From contig CAZPCY010000004.1 in NCBI GenBank assembly GCA_964585295.1, forward strand, positions 1,674 through 65,673: a stretch of 64,000 bases of DNA. Direction: 5' to 3'. Each line of letters opens with the position of its first letter. Position 1 is the first letter of the stretch. Positions 18,425 to 28,082 of this stretch are shown piece by piece. A program made the position numbers and the translations under genes. Below the pieces are notes generated by a model, which worked only from the letters and a program-made list of their open reading frames with translations, was not told the DNA's origin and searched no databases. The DNA is from an uncultured Candidatus Poseidoniales archaeon. GTDB taxonomy: Archaea; Thermoplasmatota; Poseidoniia; Poseidoniales; Thalassarchaeaceae.

Positions 18425-21400
18425 TGCCAAGGCGCGACGACATCCAACGGGTCATGATTCTGGGCAGTGGCCCGATTAGAATTGGCCAGGCTGCGGAGTT
18501 CGACTTCTCGGGCTCGCAGGCCTGCCGCGCTCTTCGAGCCGAGGGGTACGAGGTCATTCTGGTGAACAGCAATCCGGCCACGATTCAGAACGATCCAACC
18601 ATGGCGGATCGTATCTACATCGAGCCGTTGCTCCCTGATGTGGTGCGCCGTATCTTAGAGATTGAGGCACCAGATGCGCTCTTGGCTGGGATGGGTGGCC
18701 AGACTGCACTGAACATCGCCAGCAGCCTCGCCCACGATGGCTCTTTGGCGGCCCTAGGGGTGGAGTTGATAGGTTGCGATCTGCAGGCAATCGATGACGC
18801 CGAGGACCGAGACCGATTCAAGCGAGTATGCGAGGAGATCGGCCTGCCTGTACCTAGAGCGATAGCATGTGGTTCCATCGATGAGGTTCTCGCGGCAGCC
18901 GATGAAATCGGTCAGTATCCAATCCTAGTTCGCCCCGCATTCACCTTGGGAGGATTGGGCGGTGGAACGGCATGGACGATGGGCGAATTGGTAGAGATTG
19001 CGAGCCAAGGTATCCTCCACAGCCGAATTGATCAGGTGTTGGTCGAGGAGAGCATCCTCGGTTGGCAAGAGCATGAGTACGAGGTGATGCGTGATGCTGC
19101 AGACAACGCCATCGTCGTCTGCACGATGGAGAACATCGACCCGATGGGTGTGCACACCGGTGAATCAGTCGTCGTCGCACCACAGCAGACGCTGTCCGAC
19201 AGGGACCACCAGATGCTGCGTGACGCTGCCCTAAGGCTGATTAGGAGATTGGACATCAAAGGAGGTTGCAACGTGCAGTTTGCCTTCGACCAGACGAACG
19301 GAGATTATTGCGTGATTGAGGTCAACCCAAGAGTCTCTAGATCATCCGCCCTAGCTTCGAAGGCGACCGGATACCCGATCGCTAGAATGGCCGCGCTGAT
19401 TGCGGTCGGTTACACCTTGGACGAGTTGCCTAATCCAATCACCGGTGAGGGTACTACCGCTGCTTTCGAGCCGACTCTCGATTACTGTGTAGTAAAGATT
19501 CCAAGATGGCCGTTCGACAAGTTCAGGACCGCCGATCGAAGGATCGGGACCTCGATGAAGTCGACCGGCGAGGTGATGGCTATCGGACGATGTTTCGAGG
19601 AGGCTTTCCTGAAGGCGATCGCTTCTCTCGAGGTTGGAGAGCCTCACCCGAGACCTCTGACTCTCGCTGATGAGGGTGATGGTGAGGGAAGGAGCGAGCG
19701 TGCTGCCAAACCCTTGCCTAACGAGGTTCTGGAGGAATGGCTCGCGGTTCCGACCGACCGTCGCATGGGGGCGCTCTTTGAAGCGTTCCGAAGAGGCTGG
19801 GGGGTCGAGCGAGTGCGCGAGATTAGCGGAGGAATCACCCGCTGGTTTTTGCACCGTTTCCAGCGGATGGCAGCGGTCGAATCAGAAGTTGTCGCAGCCG
19901 GTACGGGAGGTGATGCGGAGCCGATGATCCCCGCCAAGATCGATGAGGAATCGATGCGGAGGTGGAAGGGTGCGGGAATGACGGACGCCCACATTGCCGA
20001 TGCACTCGCTGGTTTCCCCGCCGAGGGATGGCGGTCATTGAGCGGCGCTTCCTCGTCTCTAGCTGTGATGGAGAGGCGTCATGTTCTGAAGGTACATCCT
20101 GTCTATAGAATGGTGGACAGTTGTGCAGCTGAGTTCGCTGCAGTCACCCCCTACTACTATTCGACCTACGAGGGTGGCGGCACGCCGTCAGGTGTTGATC
20201 GGGTGCCCCATCCTAGGAAGGTGGATGAAGAGGGGAATGAATCGCGGAGGATTGCCGTGGTGGGATCCGGCCCAATTCGAATCGGACAGGGGATAGAGTT
20301 CGACTACGGATGCGTGCATGCGGTGATGGCGATTCGTGACGCAGGATGCGAGGCGATCCTGATTAACAACAACCCTGAGACCGTATCCACAGACTTCGAT
20401 ACCAGCGACAGACTGTATTTCGATCCTCTAACTCTGGAATGCACCTGCGAGGTGCTGCTGCGCGAGGGGGCAGACGCGATTCTGCTGCAGTTCGGAGGCC
20501 AGACCGCAATCGACCTGGCCCTACCGATCGCAGAGCGCCAGAATCATCTCTCTTCGATGGGATTGGATATGGTACTTGCAGGCACTCCTCCGGAAGCGGT
20601 TGACGAGGCGAGCGATCGCGAGCGATTCGAGGCATTCGCGAAGAGGCATTCGCTCAGAATGCCGAGAGGAGCGACCGGGAGGACTCCTGATGAGGTGCGA
20701 GCGGCTGTGGAGGAGATTGGCTTCCCGGTCCTCATCCGGCCGTCGTACGTATTGGGTGGAAGGGGAATGGAGATTCTAGCCGATGAATCGCAATTGGAAG
20801 CCTACATGGCGGAGGCGTTCATCGATCCTGAGAAGCCACTGCTGGTCGATCAGTATCTCGGCAGCGCCGTCGAACTGGATGTCGATGCGGTGTCGGATGG
20901 GGAACGGGTGATCATCGGTGCGGTGATGGAGCATCTAGAGGAGGCAGGGATTCACAGCGGCGACTCGACTTGCTTCATTCCTGCGCAGCACATATCACCT
21001 GAGGTGTTGGCTGAGGTGGAGGATTGGACCGAGAGAATCGGCGTTGAATTGGGGATCAAAGGGTGCTTCAACATCCAATTCGCAATCCAGAAAGAGTTGC
21101 TGCATGTCTTGGAGGTTAATCCTAGAGGGTCGCGGACTTTCCCCTTCGTCGCCAAGGCGACCGGTATTCCGCTGGCCCGAATCGCCGCCCAAGTAGCCCT
21201 CGGAAATCCGCTTGACTCGATCGAAATTCCAACCGTGGATACCGATTTGGTCTGCGTCAAGGCCCCCGTTTTCCCCTTCCTCAAACTGCGAGGGCTCGAT
21301 CCCGCACCCGGCCCCGAGATGAAGTCGACCGGTGAGGTGATGGGTTCACACGAGGATCCGGCTGCCGCCTACCTGAAGGCGAGGATGGCAACTGAGATAC

Positions 21401-21810
21401 CGGTTCCCACAGGAGGCGGCGTCTACCTGACAGTGCGAGAGGGCGACAAGGATGGACTCATCCCTGTCGCACGTGAACTATCGGAGATGGGATTCCGACT
21501 CTTCGCGACATCTGGAACTGCGAACGCTCTCCGCGATCGTGGAGGGCTTTCCGTCGAGACGGCTTATCGAATCGCCGAGCAGCGTTCGCCTGACGCTCTC
21601 GATTTGATGAGGAGAGGCGAAATCGATCTCGTGATCAACACCCCCAGCAAGAGCGGCGGCGCCGTTCTCGATGGCAATATGATGCGCCGGCTTGCTGTCG
21701 AATTGAACATCCCGTTCGTTACGACCATGAACGGCGCCCGGATGGAGGTGCAGGCCATTTCAGTCGCTATGGATGGGATTCCTGAGCCTAGGACCCTTGC
21801 CGGGACTTGA
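18421..21810 (+). CDS. carB: Carbamoyl-phosphate synthase large subunit.
   Basis: It has two ATP-grasp halves (RVMILGSGPIRIGQAAEFDFSG and RIAVVGSGPIRIGQGIEFDYGC). An oligomerisation domain and a C-terminal MGS-like domain are present. Confidence 0.9.
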   Translation: MMPRRDDIQRVMILGSGPIRIGQAAEFDFSGSQACRALRAEGYEVILVNSNPATIQNDPTMADRIYIEPLLPDVVRRILEIEAPDALLAGMGGQTALNIASSLAHDGSLAALGVELIGCDLQAIDDAEDRDRFKRVCEEIGLPVPRAIACGSIDEVLAAADEIGQYPILVRPAFTLGGLGGGTAWTMGELVEIASQGILHSRIDQVLVEESILGWQEHEYEVMRDAADNAIVVCTMENIDPMGVHTGESVVVAPQQTLSDRDHQMLRDAALRLIRRLDIKGGCNVQFAFDQTNGDYCVIEVNPRVSRSSALASKATGYPIARMAALIAVGYTLDELPNPITGEGTTAAFEPTLDYCVVKIPRWPFDKFRTADRRIGTSMKSTGEVMAIGRCFEEAFLKAIASLEVGEPHPRPLTLADEGDGEGRSERAAKPLPNEVLEEWLAVPTDRRMGALFEAFRRGWGVERVREISGGITRWFLHRFQRMAAVESEVVAAGTGGDAEPMIPAKIDEESMRRWKGAGMTDAHIADALAGFPAEGWRSLSGASSSLAVMERRHVLKVHPVYRMVDSCAAEFAAVTPYYYSTYEGGGTPSGVDRVPHPRKVDEEGNESRRIAVVGSGPIRIGQGIEFDYGCVHAVMAIRDAGCEAILINNNPETVSTDFDTSDRLYFDPLTLECTCEVLLREGADAILLQFGGQTAIDLALPIAERQNHLSSMGLDMVLAGTPPEAVDEASDRERFEAFAKRHSLRMPRGATGRTPDEVRAAVEEIGFPVLIRPSYVLGGRGMEILADESQLEAYMAEAFIDPEKPLLVDQYLGSAVELDVDAVSDGERVIIGAVMEHLEEAGIHSGDSTCFIPAQHISPEVLAEVEDWTERIGVELGIKGCFNIQFAIQKELLHVLEVNPRGSRTFPFVAKATGIPLARIAAQVALGNPLDSIEIPTVDTDLVCVKAPVFPFLKLRGLDPAPGPEMKSTGEVMGSHEDPAAAYLKARMATEIPVPTGGGVYLTVREGDKDGLIPVARELSEMGFRLFATSGTANALRDRGGLSVETAYRIAEQRSPDALDLMRRGEIDLVINTPSKSGGAVLDGNMMRRLAVELNIPFVTTMNGARMEVQAISVAMDGIPEPRTLAGT

Positions 21811-21871
21811 TTGCACCTACAGCAATCAATTCAATGGATTAAGCGCCACGGGGACGACGGTCTACCACGAC

Positions 21872-23314
21872 TCAGCAGGCTTCGTACGCCTCGATGATGT
21901 ATTGTGTGATTGGGCTGGTCCAAGCAAGATCGGAGAGCCCCGCTTCCCCATGTTCGGCATAGATCCGAACGACATCCTGCACCCTGACATTACCTTCAGC
22001 GGACCGTGCTAGAATCGTGCGCGGCTTGAGGACTTTGCCGGTTCCGTGGGGGTCGTAGACCGTGTCCAAAGCCTCTTCGAGGAACCAATTCTCCTTGTCT
22101 GCATCCGCTCCATCGAATGTTTTCGATTTTGCACCGCCGCCGAAAGAAATGGCTTGAGGCTTGGGTGCAGCGGGCTTCGGCTTCTCTTCTGGCTCCTGTG
22201 GTTCCTCAGCCTCTTCAACATCCTCATCCTTCGAATCAGGTAACGGTTCAGGCTCAGGCTCAGAATCTGGTTCGGGTTCCGGTTCGGGTTCCGGTTCGGG
22301 TTCCGGTTCGGGTTCTGGCTTGGGAGCGGCCTTCTTTGGTCGGAACGGTGTTCCGAATCCCGTGTTCCTTGAGACTCCTCCTGCCCTGCGACTGATTCCC
22401 CGTGCCGATACCATCTCGGCTCGCACCTCTTCCTCGATCTTCTCTCGCAGTGATTCCTCGATTTGAGGTGTGAGTTCCTCCGTCATCTCCTTCCGGATTT
22501 CCTGCATCACCTCTTCCCTGACCTTGTCGATGTCGGCGGAGTCTAGCTCCTCTTGGAGCTCCTTGATTTTCGCCTCCAACCCCCCAATCTCTTCTAGATG
22601 GTGAGCCGAAATTTGGATGCCTGAGGTCTCCATTGCAGCTTCGACCTGCAGTTGTACCACTTCCCCCGAGTGATCCCTCCACTTGCGCCATTGCAGCATC
22701 GTATGGGCGTGGATGTCTGAACCGCATTTTGGACAGAATGACTTGTTCGGAGGCTTGAGGACTGGGATGGCATGCAATTCCTCGCTGGTCAGGTGTTCTA
22801 TGCCGCCAGCGCTGATGTCGTGAACGTGGTGGCTTGCCTCCATCCCTAGTTCCAAGGCCATACGGTAAATCCGCACACCCATGTCGATCTTACCCGAGTC
22901 GACAAACGCCCATGCCGATGTCTCCCTAGACACCGCCGCGGCGGCAGCCGTTGCGGCCGCGTTCCTAGCGAGTCCGCCGGTCAAGGCGGCGAGCATGGCC
23001 CGGTCCTCATCTGTTCCAATCGAACCTCCCACCTCAGCCGCCGCTTGTGCGGCAGCGGCCTTGTTGGCTTCCTCCTCGCTCGCTACAGCAAGACCGAGGA
23101 CGATTGGATTCGCACCATCTTCGACTTTGGCGATGAGATCGAATTTCTCGGCCATCGAGATGTCCTGACGCGATCGGATGAGTTCCTTTAACTGGCGAAC
23201 ATCGTGACCGGTCGCCGTGATAGGGCCGATGACGGACAAGTCGTGTCCGCAAGCGAGACAGAACTTGACTGTCGCCTCCACCGGCGCCTCGCACGTCGGA
23301 CAGTGTACGGGCAT
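21872..23314 (-). CDS. Hypothetical protein with an N-terminal Zn-ribbon, an internal Zn-ribbon and a (PE)n low-complexity linker.
   Basis: The N-terminal Zn-ribbon is CPTCEA...CLACGH and the internal one is CPKCGS...H..H. The protein also has a coiled-coil segment, a PKPEPEPEPEPEPEPEPEPDSEPEPEP tract and a globular C-terminal ~90 aa domain. No family could be assigned. Confidence 0.45.
   Translation of the reverse strand: MPVHCPTCEAPVEATVKFCLACGHDLSVIGPITATGHDVRQLKELIRSRQDISMAEKFDLIAKVEDGANPIVLGLAVASEEEANKAAAAQAAAEVGGSIGTDEDRAMLAALTGGLARNAAATAAAAAVSRETSAWAFVDSGKIDMGVRIYRMALELGMEASHHVHDISAGGIEHLTSEELHAIPVLKPPNKSFCPKCGSDIHAHTMLQWRKWRDHSGEVVQLQVEAAMETSGIQISAHHLEEIGGLEAKIKELQEELDSADIDKVREEVMQEIRKEMTEELTPQIEESLREKIEEEVRAEMVSARGISRRAGGVSRNTGFGTPFRPKKAAPKPEPEPEPEPEPEPEPEPDSEPEPEPLPDSKDEDVEEAEEPQEPEEKPKPAAPKPQAISFGGGAKSKTFDGADADKENWFLEEALDTVYDPHGTGKVLKPRTILARSAEGNVRVQDVVRIYAEHGEAGLSDLAWTSPITQYIIEAYEAC
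22244..22320. repeat. Hexanucleotide tandem repeat (GGTTCS)n, about 12 units. It encodes the (Pro-Glu)n tract of the minus-strand CDS.
   Basis: The sequence ggttcgggttccggttcgggttccggttcgggttccggttcgggttctgg is visible directly. A degenerate ggytca lead-in precedes it. Confidence 0.8.
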
Positions 23315-23402
23315 CGCTAGCCGTCACGGTCCAGCCCCATATCAAGGGTGACGGTCAACAGACTTCGCATCCAACGATACCGTGGGTATCTAAATCGAGT
23401 CA

Positions 23403-24992
23403 TCAGGGCTCGATCTCAAATCGAAGCAGGCCGACCGACCTCTCTCGTCCGATCTCCGCCAGAATTGAAGCGAGACGAGGACCGTATTCGCAATCGAGCA
23501 CCATGCGATAAAGAAGCACGAACACACCTCTCAGAGGTCGCTCCATCTGCCTCGCTATCGAGCAGATCGCGTCGTTAATCGAATCCCCCTTCCATTCCAC
23601 GGTAGAGAGAGTATCCCGCAGGCGCCTAAGGTATTCTCGGTCATCAGCGCCCAGTTCCGAGAGCACCGCCTCGCTCGGCTCGTCGACGATCGTAAGCCGG
23701 AACTCTTCTGGGAAGTGATCGGATGCGATCCAAGAGCGCATCCTCGCCAATCTCATCTCCAACGATTGCGAAGGATTTCCACCTATGTGGCCGCTTAATC
23801 TGAGTGAATCCCAGACTCGATCATCATTCGATCTGATCTGTGCCAGTAACGCAAGATGCCTGAACGAGATACCGACCATCTCCACATCAACAGAAGCCGT
23901 TCGATTAACTTGCGAGAGTCGAATTTTGGCAGAGTCGACTTCGGCAGCGATTCGCTGCCTCCTGCTCATGCCATCAGTATCTTCACCGGAGGCGACCTTC
24001 TCGACAAGCCTTTCGTATTCGTCAGCCATCTCTATCAGAGCGCTCCCAGTGTCGAATTCGATGTGTCTAGCCGGCTTCGTGCGGGCAATCAGGTAGCGGA
24101 TAATCTCAGGTGGGACTAGATCGAGTGCCTCGATGGGGCCTATCGTAATCCCAGCGCTACTGGAGAAAGCGCCTGCCCCCTTGAGGACTATCCATTCGTA
24201 AGGAAGCGGTTGTGGAGCTGCGTGGCCGAATAACTCTGCTATCGGTGCAGCGGTGTCATAACTGCCACCAGCAGCGGCATGGTCCTTTCCGAACGGTTCG
24301 CATGTGATACCTAGGAAGCCCCATCTAGCCGGCCAGTCAAGACGCCAAGGCAGTTTCCCATCCGCTCGCCTGATGTCCGCGAATCCCGTGGCGCCAGAGT
24401 CGTCCTTCCAATGCACGATTGGATCCTCAAAGGATGTAATCGTCACTCCGTCGAGCGACCCCTCGGAGCCAATCGGTGAGTATGGTTGCCAATCCTCCGG
24501 GAGTTCACGCCCTGATCGATTCTCGATAACTGTGCGTATTCCTGCCGCATTCTCGAAGGAGAGCCGGATGGCCTCAGCGAACAGGCCATCCTCGTAAGAC
24601 TCATGGTTCATCACGACTTCAGGCTCGACACCGATTCGAGAGAGCGCGTCCAGAAAGGGGAGCAGGAAGTGGTCGGAGTAAGAGCCGCTTCCTGGATTCG
24701 GTCGGCCATCATCAGAAGGCGCAGGGATGGAGTGCAATGGGTGACCAATCCACCTCTCGTAGGATGGATCGAGGAAGTCATACACCCTGCGAAGTGGATC
24801 CATCGAGTCGACGATGAAGACGAATCTGGAATCGAGGCCTCGGTCGAGTGCAGCCCGGTGGATCATCTCCCCGGTGAGTATCTCCCTAAGATGTCCTATG
24901 TGGAATTCCCCCGAAGGCGTGATTCCGGCCGCTATCACACAAGGCTCTCCCCTCGCCTCCAGCAGAGAGGCGGTGTGGTCCGCCCAGTGCAT
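23403..24992 (-). CDS. lysK: Lysyl-tRNA synthetase, class I (archaeal type).
   Basis: The N-terminus has a HIGH motif (PSGEFHIGHLREI). A class I Rossmann fold is followed by an anticodon-binding domain. The length and layout match LysRS-I. Confidence 0.8.
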   Translation of the reverse strand: MHWADHTASLLEARGEPCVIAAGITPSGEFHIGHLREILTGEMIHRAALDRGLDSRFVFIVDSMDPLRRVYDFLDPSYERWIGHPLHSIPAPSDDGRPNPGSGSYSDHFLLPFLDALSRIGVEPEVVMNHESYEDGLFAEAIRLSFENAAGIRTVIENRSGRELPEDWQPYSPIGSEGSLDGVTITSFEDPIVHWKDDSGATGFADIRRADGKLPWRLDWPARWGFLGITCEPFGKDHAAAGGSYDTAAPIAELFGHAAPQPLPYEWIVLKGAGAFSSSAGITIGPIEALDLVPPEIIRYLIARTKPARHIEFDTGSALIEMADEYERLVEKVASGEDTDGMSRRQRIAAEVDSAKIRLSQVNRTASVDVEMVGISFRHLALLAQIRSNDDRVWDSLRLSGHIGGNPSQSLEMRLARMRSWIASDHFPEEFRLTIVDEPSEAVLSELGADDREYLRRLRDTLSTVEWKGDSINDAICSIARQMERPLRGVFVLLYRMVLDCEYGPRLASILAEIGRERSVGLLRFEIEP

Positions 24993-25001
24993 GGTGCTCC
25001 C

Positions 25002-25586
25002 TCAGATGCTGACAGCCCGAATCAGGCCGCGAAGCGGGATTCCTTCGATCTCGTTCTGTTCCGTCTTATTGACCAGCACTAGAAGGAGTTGAACATCCGC
25101 GCCAGCTGCTTTCAGTGCATCGACCGCGAGTCTTAGAGTAGCTCCAGAGGAGAGCACATCATCGACGATTGCGACCCTCCTTCCCGCGACGTTGCCGTAC
25201 TTGTTCGAAAGGTGTCCGCGACCATCTTCGTCCGCTCGTCGAAAGATCGCGATGTCACAGTCCAGATTATTCGCGAGCGATTGTGCGAAGATAATCCCGT
25301 TCAGACTGATTCCAACCACTGTATCGATTACTTCCGGACATTCTTCCTCGACGATGTCGGCTAGGATGACTCCGACCGCCTCCGTTCGAATCGGTCGCAC
25401 TCCGAGTGTCCGCCAGCCGATCCGCACATCGTCGGGATGTGATTCGGGTGCTGAAGTTGAGGTCGAGGAGAGCCAATTCACCGTCGTGCGGGACAATGAT
25501 AGCTCATCCGCAATCTGTTGGGTGTTCAAGCCACTGGCTTGAAGCTCCTCGACCTTCTCGCGGAGTTCGTCTATGCTCAGTGCCAT
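25002..25586 (-). CDS. PyrE-like transcriptional regulator (orotate-phosphoribosyltransferase-like protein, GfcR family).
   Basis: The N-terminal HTH is NTQQIADELSLSRTTVNWL. A type I PRTase domain has the PRPP-binding loop VAIVDDVLSSGATL. It lies 9 nt upstream of lysK on the same strand. Confidence 0.65.
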   Translation of the reverse strand: MALSIDELREKVEELQASGLNTQQIADELSLSRTTVNWLSSTSTSAPESHPDDVRIGWRTLGVRPIRTEAVGVILADIVEEECPEVIDTVVGISLNGIIFAQSLANNLDCDIAIFRRADEDGRGHLSNKYGNVAGRRVAIVDDVLSSGATLRLAVDALKAAGADVQLLLVLVNKTEQNEIEGIPLRGLIRAVSI

Positions 25587-25777
25587 GGCAACGAAGGACT
25601 CTATCGCTAGCCCTCTTTCAAGTCACCGCTCCAACATCCTACACAACTCGCCAAAATTGATGCTCACACTGCCGCCGGAGAGGTTGGCAACCACCCTAAC
25701 TGAGTGGTGCCGATAGTCATGCGGCCATAATCCATGATTGCCCCCTAGCCAAGCGTCGATTGCGAATAGGGTGGAAG

Positions 25778-26230
25778 TCAGAATCGGCCAGTACTGCCGA
25801 ACCCACCGCCACCACGTTCGGTATCTCCTAGCGCGTTCGCCTCAACCTCGATGAACTCGACTTTTGGAACTGGGGCGATCACTAGTTGGGCGATTCTCTC
25901 TCCGGCCTCAACCGTGTATGAATGCCCTTCGCCTATCCAGGTCGCGAGCACTTGGATCTCACCTCTGTAGTCAGCATCTATGGTCCCAATTCCGTTAGGC
26001 ATCAAGAGCCCCTTCGCTCCGAGCGACGACCTCGCTCTAACCTGCCCTTCGTAACCCGCAGGGATGGCAAGGGCGATCCCCGTAGGAATCCTCTCTGACC
26101 GGCCTTTCCTTATCTCGACGCTGCGTAGTGCGTGGATATCCCAACCCGCGGCCATCGCACTTCCGCGTTCTGGCTCCTTGGCCGCCGGATCGAGTCGCAC
26201 GAAGCGGATCGGTACCGGTTCGGTGGCCAC
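25778..26230 (-). CDS. dut: dUTP diphosphatase (trimeric dUTPase).
   Basis: Motifs AAGWDI, the RSSLG-like motif III, GTIDADYRGEI and the C-terminal GGFGSTG motif V match dUTPase. It is 150 aa long. Confidence 0.7.
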   Translation of the reverse strand: MATEPVPIRFVRLDPAAKEPERGSAMAAGWDIHALRSVEIRKGRSERIPTGIALAIPAGYEGQVRARSSLGAKGLLMPNGIGTIDADYRGEIQVLATWIGEGHSYTVEAGERIAQLVIAPVPKVEFIEVEANALGDTERGGGGFGSTGRF

Positions 26231-26369
26231 GACATGTTGCCGGGCGTGATGGCCGATAGAATCGACGGTTACAGACTAGTGACTGATCTATTGGTGGCCA
26301 CACCTCAATCCAATCTCGGAACGGCATCGGACGTGGGGGTTGAAATGGGGGCGTTGAGTGGGCTAAGCG

Positions 26370-26780
26370 ATGAGCGAATTCGAGTACGACGCGCTCCTGA
26401 AGCGCGCCCGTGAAAAGATCCCCAAGGAGATCAGCGAGCGGTCTCGCTGGACGCTTCCCGAACCTGAGATCCTAATCGAAGGCAACCAGACCATCATCAG
26501 AAACTTCTCGGACATGGTCTCGGTCATGGACCGAGACGCCAATCATGTCTACCAGTTCATGCTCAACGAACTTGGTACCTCAGGGAATCGAGAGCAGCAC
26601 CGTGTTCTCCTGAAGGGAAGGATACCTCCGAAGAGGATCAAGGGCCGAATAGTGAATTACGTCAAGACATACATCCTGTGCGACCAGTGCAATGCACCTG
26701 ACACCCGGTTCATCAAGGAGGATCGAACCACGGTCCTGAAGTGCCAAGCGTGCGGCGCCACCAGACCGGTCAGGCTCTGA
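26370..26780 (+). CDS. eif2b: Translation initiation factor aIF-2 beta subunit.
   Basis: It has the core fold plus a C-terminal Zn-ribbon (CDQCNAPDTRF...CQACGA). It matches archaeal aIF2-beta throughout. Confidence 0.8.
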   Translation: MSEFEYDALLKRAREKIPKEISERSRWTLPEPEILIEGNQTIIRNFSDMVSVMDRDANHVYQFMLNELGTSGNREQHRVLLKGRIPPKRIKGRIVNYVKTYILCDQCNAPDTRFIKEDRTTVLKCQACGATRPVRL

Positions 26781-26826
26781 ATAGAGCGAATCCAATCGCG
26801 GTAATTCTACTGGAACATCGAGAGAT

Positions 26827-27186
26827 TCAACTGCCGTCTGTCGAATCCTCGAATCGCATCAAGCAGCGATCCGCGATACCCCCCCCACCTAGATGCGCGA
26901 GTATTGCGGGCAGATCCACCTCCGGTTCGCGTATCGAATACCAAATCCCTTCTGGATAGACGACGCAGGAAATGCCGTTCTCACAGAAATCGAGACACCC
27001 CGACTTCTGCACCCTGACGCCGGCAAGTGCATCCCCCTTGGCAGCGGTTTTCAGTTTCTTCATGATTGCCAAGGAGCCCTTCGCTCCACAAGATTCCCTG
27101 AGCGCATCCGAGGCGCGCTCATGTCCGCAGACGAACACGTGAATCCGATGGCCTGGCTCGTCTCTCCCCTTCGGATCGCTCGGCAT
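26827..27186 (-). CDS. Thioredoxin-like (2Fe-2S) ferredoxin (NuoE-like family).
   Basis: Cys pattern HVFVCGHERAS...CGAKG...SGCLDFCENG; about 119 aa. Confidence 0.55.
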   Translation of the reverse strand: MPSDPKGRDEPGHRIHVFVCGHERASDALRESCGAKGSLAIMKKLKTAAKGDALAGVRVQKSGCLDFCENGISCVVYPEGIWYSIREPEVDLPAILAHLGGGGIADRCLMRFEDSTDGS

Positions 27187-27220
27187 GTCGTGGCGCTCGA
27201 AGTGGAAGGGTGATGAGTTT

Positions 27221-27550
27221 TCACGCCTGCAAGCGGTCGAGTTTCGCGGCCAGCACGAAGTCAGCTTCAGTCAACCCGCCGACGCTGTGCGTGTGGATCG
27301 AGGCCACGACCCTTCCCCAACCGACCTCGAAGTCGGCGTGGTGCCATTCATCCTCGCAGATCGAACCCGCTTCGACCACGAAGGCTAGCGCCGATTCAAA
27401 GTCCTCAAATGACCAACGCCTTTCGAGATGCTGTCCACCGATAACATCCCAGCACGCATCGAGATGGGCTTCAAACTCCAAGATTGACTCTTCTGGCAGG
27501 GGTGTATGGGCTCGCGGGAGGTCCCGGCATCGCTTCTCGTGCAGATCCAA
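27221..27550 (-). CDS. Pterin-4a-carbinolamine dehydratase (PCD/DCoH).
   Basis: The core ...ERRWSFEDFESALAFVVEAGSICEDEWHHADFEVGWGRVVASIHTHSVGGLTEADFVLAAKLD matches the PCD signature ([EDKH]-x(3)-H-H-P, HS-x-GGL-[TS]). The proposed start is a TTG at 27550. A GGTGAT Shine-Dalgarno sequence lies 3 nt upstream and overlaps the stop of the upstream gene. The longer ORF-track start would add about 30 aa that look non-native. Confidence 0.6.
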   Translation of the reverse strand: MDLHEKRCRDLPRAHTPLPEESILEFEAHLDACWDVIGGQHLERRWSFEDFESALAFVVEAGSICEDEWHHADFEVGWGRVVASIHTHSVGGLTEADFVLAAKLDRLQA

Positions 27551-27554
27551 GGTA

Positions 27555-28028
27555 TCACCCCCACAAGTGGCTGTCGTCGTTCTCCTTGGTCTCCTTCTCG
27601 ACCTTCTCGTGCAACTTGGAACGCCTCTTGATATCCTCTCGCTCAAAGGTCAACAGTTCCTCGTCCTCGATGTACGGAGGACGAGTGTGGGCGATGAGTC
27701 GGACCTCGACGATGGCATCTCTGGCGATTGCGCGGAATCTCTCCTCCTCGTCGACGATTTCCAAGGAGGACTTGTGCGAACTGACGAGCCGCCCTCGGAT
27801 CCAAGGGTCATCTCCTTCAGGAAGTCCCCGGGCATCGAGGAGTATCTCGACGATGTCATCTCGACGCAGCCCGCTACGCCTATCCATCAAGGGTCCGTAG
27901 TGCTCGTCCCGGTACGCGTCGATGTCGGGTCGACCTAGGCGTTCCCATGCACTGACGGCCCAGTCCGGCAGATCCTCTGGTGGCTTCCTTCGTCCTCGGC
28001 GACTCATCAGCACCCTTCGGGCGGCCAC
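27555..28028 (-). CDS. Hypothetical basic/acidic protein, possibly an RNase P protein subunit Rpp29 (Rnp1)-like beta-barrel.
   Basis: The segment IRGRLVSSHKSSLEIVDEEERFRAIARDAIVEVRL resembles the Rpp29 core, which has G-I-x-G-x-V-V-D-E-T-K-N-T-L-x-I at the same position. The assignment is weak. It is translationally coupled to PCD downstream. Confidence 0.3.
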   Translation of the reverse strand: MAARRVLMSRRGRRKPPEDLPDWAVSAWERLGRPDIDAYRDEHYGPLMDRRSGLRRDDIVEILLDARGLPEGDDPWIRGRLVSSHKSSLEIVDEEERFRAIARDAIVEVRLIAHTRPPYIEDEELLTFEREDIKRRSKLHEKVEKETKENDDSHLWG

Positions 28029-28082
28029 CTAATATCAAGCCCACCATGCTCGCTCGTCTACCTCTTACTTCAAGAGGGATAG

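Noticed and set aside
22244-22320. A tandem repeat considered as a possible CRISPR-like or minisatellite element.
   Set aside because: Its period is 6 nt, with no spacers, and it is in frame within a CDS, encoding (PE)n. It is a coding microsatellite, not a CRISPR array.
27210-27938. A 242-aa plus-strand ORF spanning the PCD and upstream gene region.
   Set aside because: It is entirely antisense to two minus-strand genes that have recognisable products. It is Ser/Arg-rich with low complexity, typical of a GC-rich shadow ORF.
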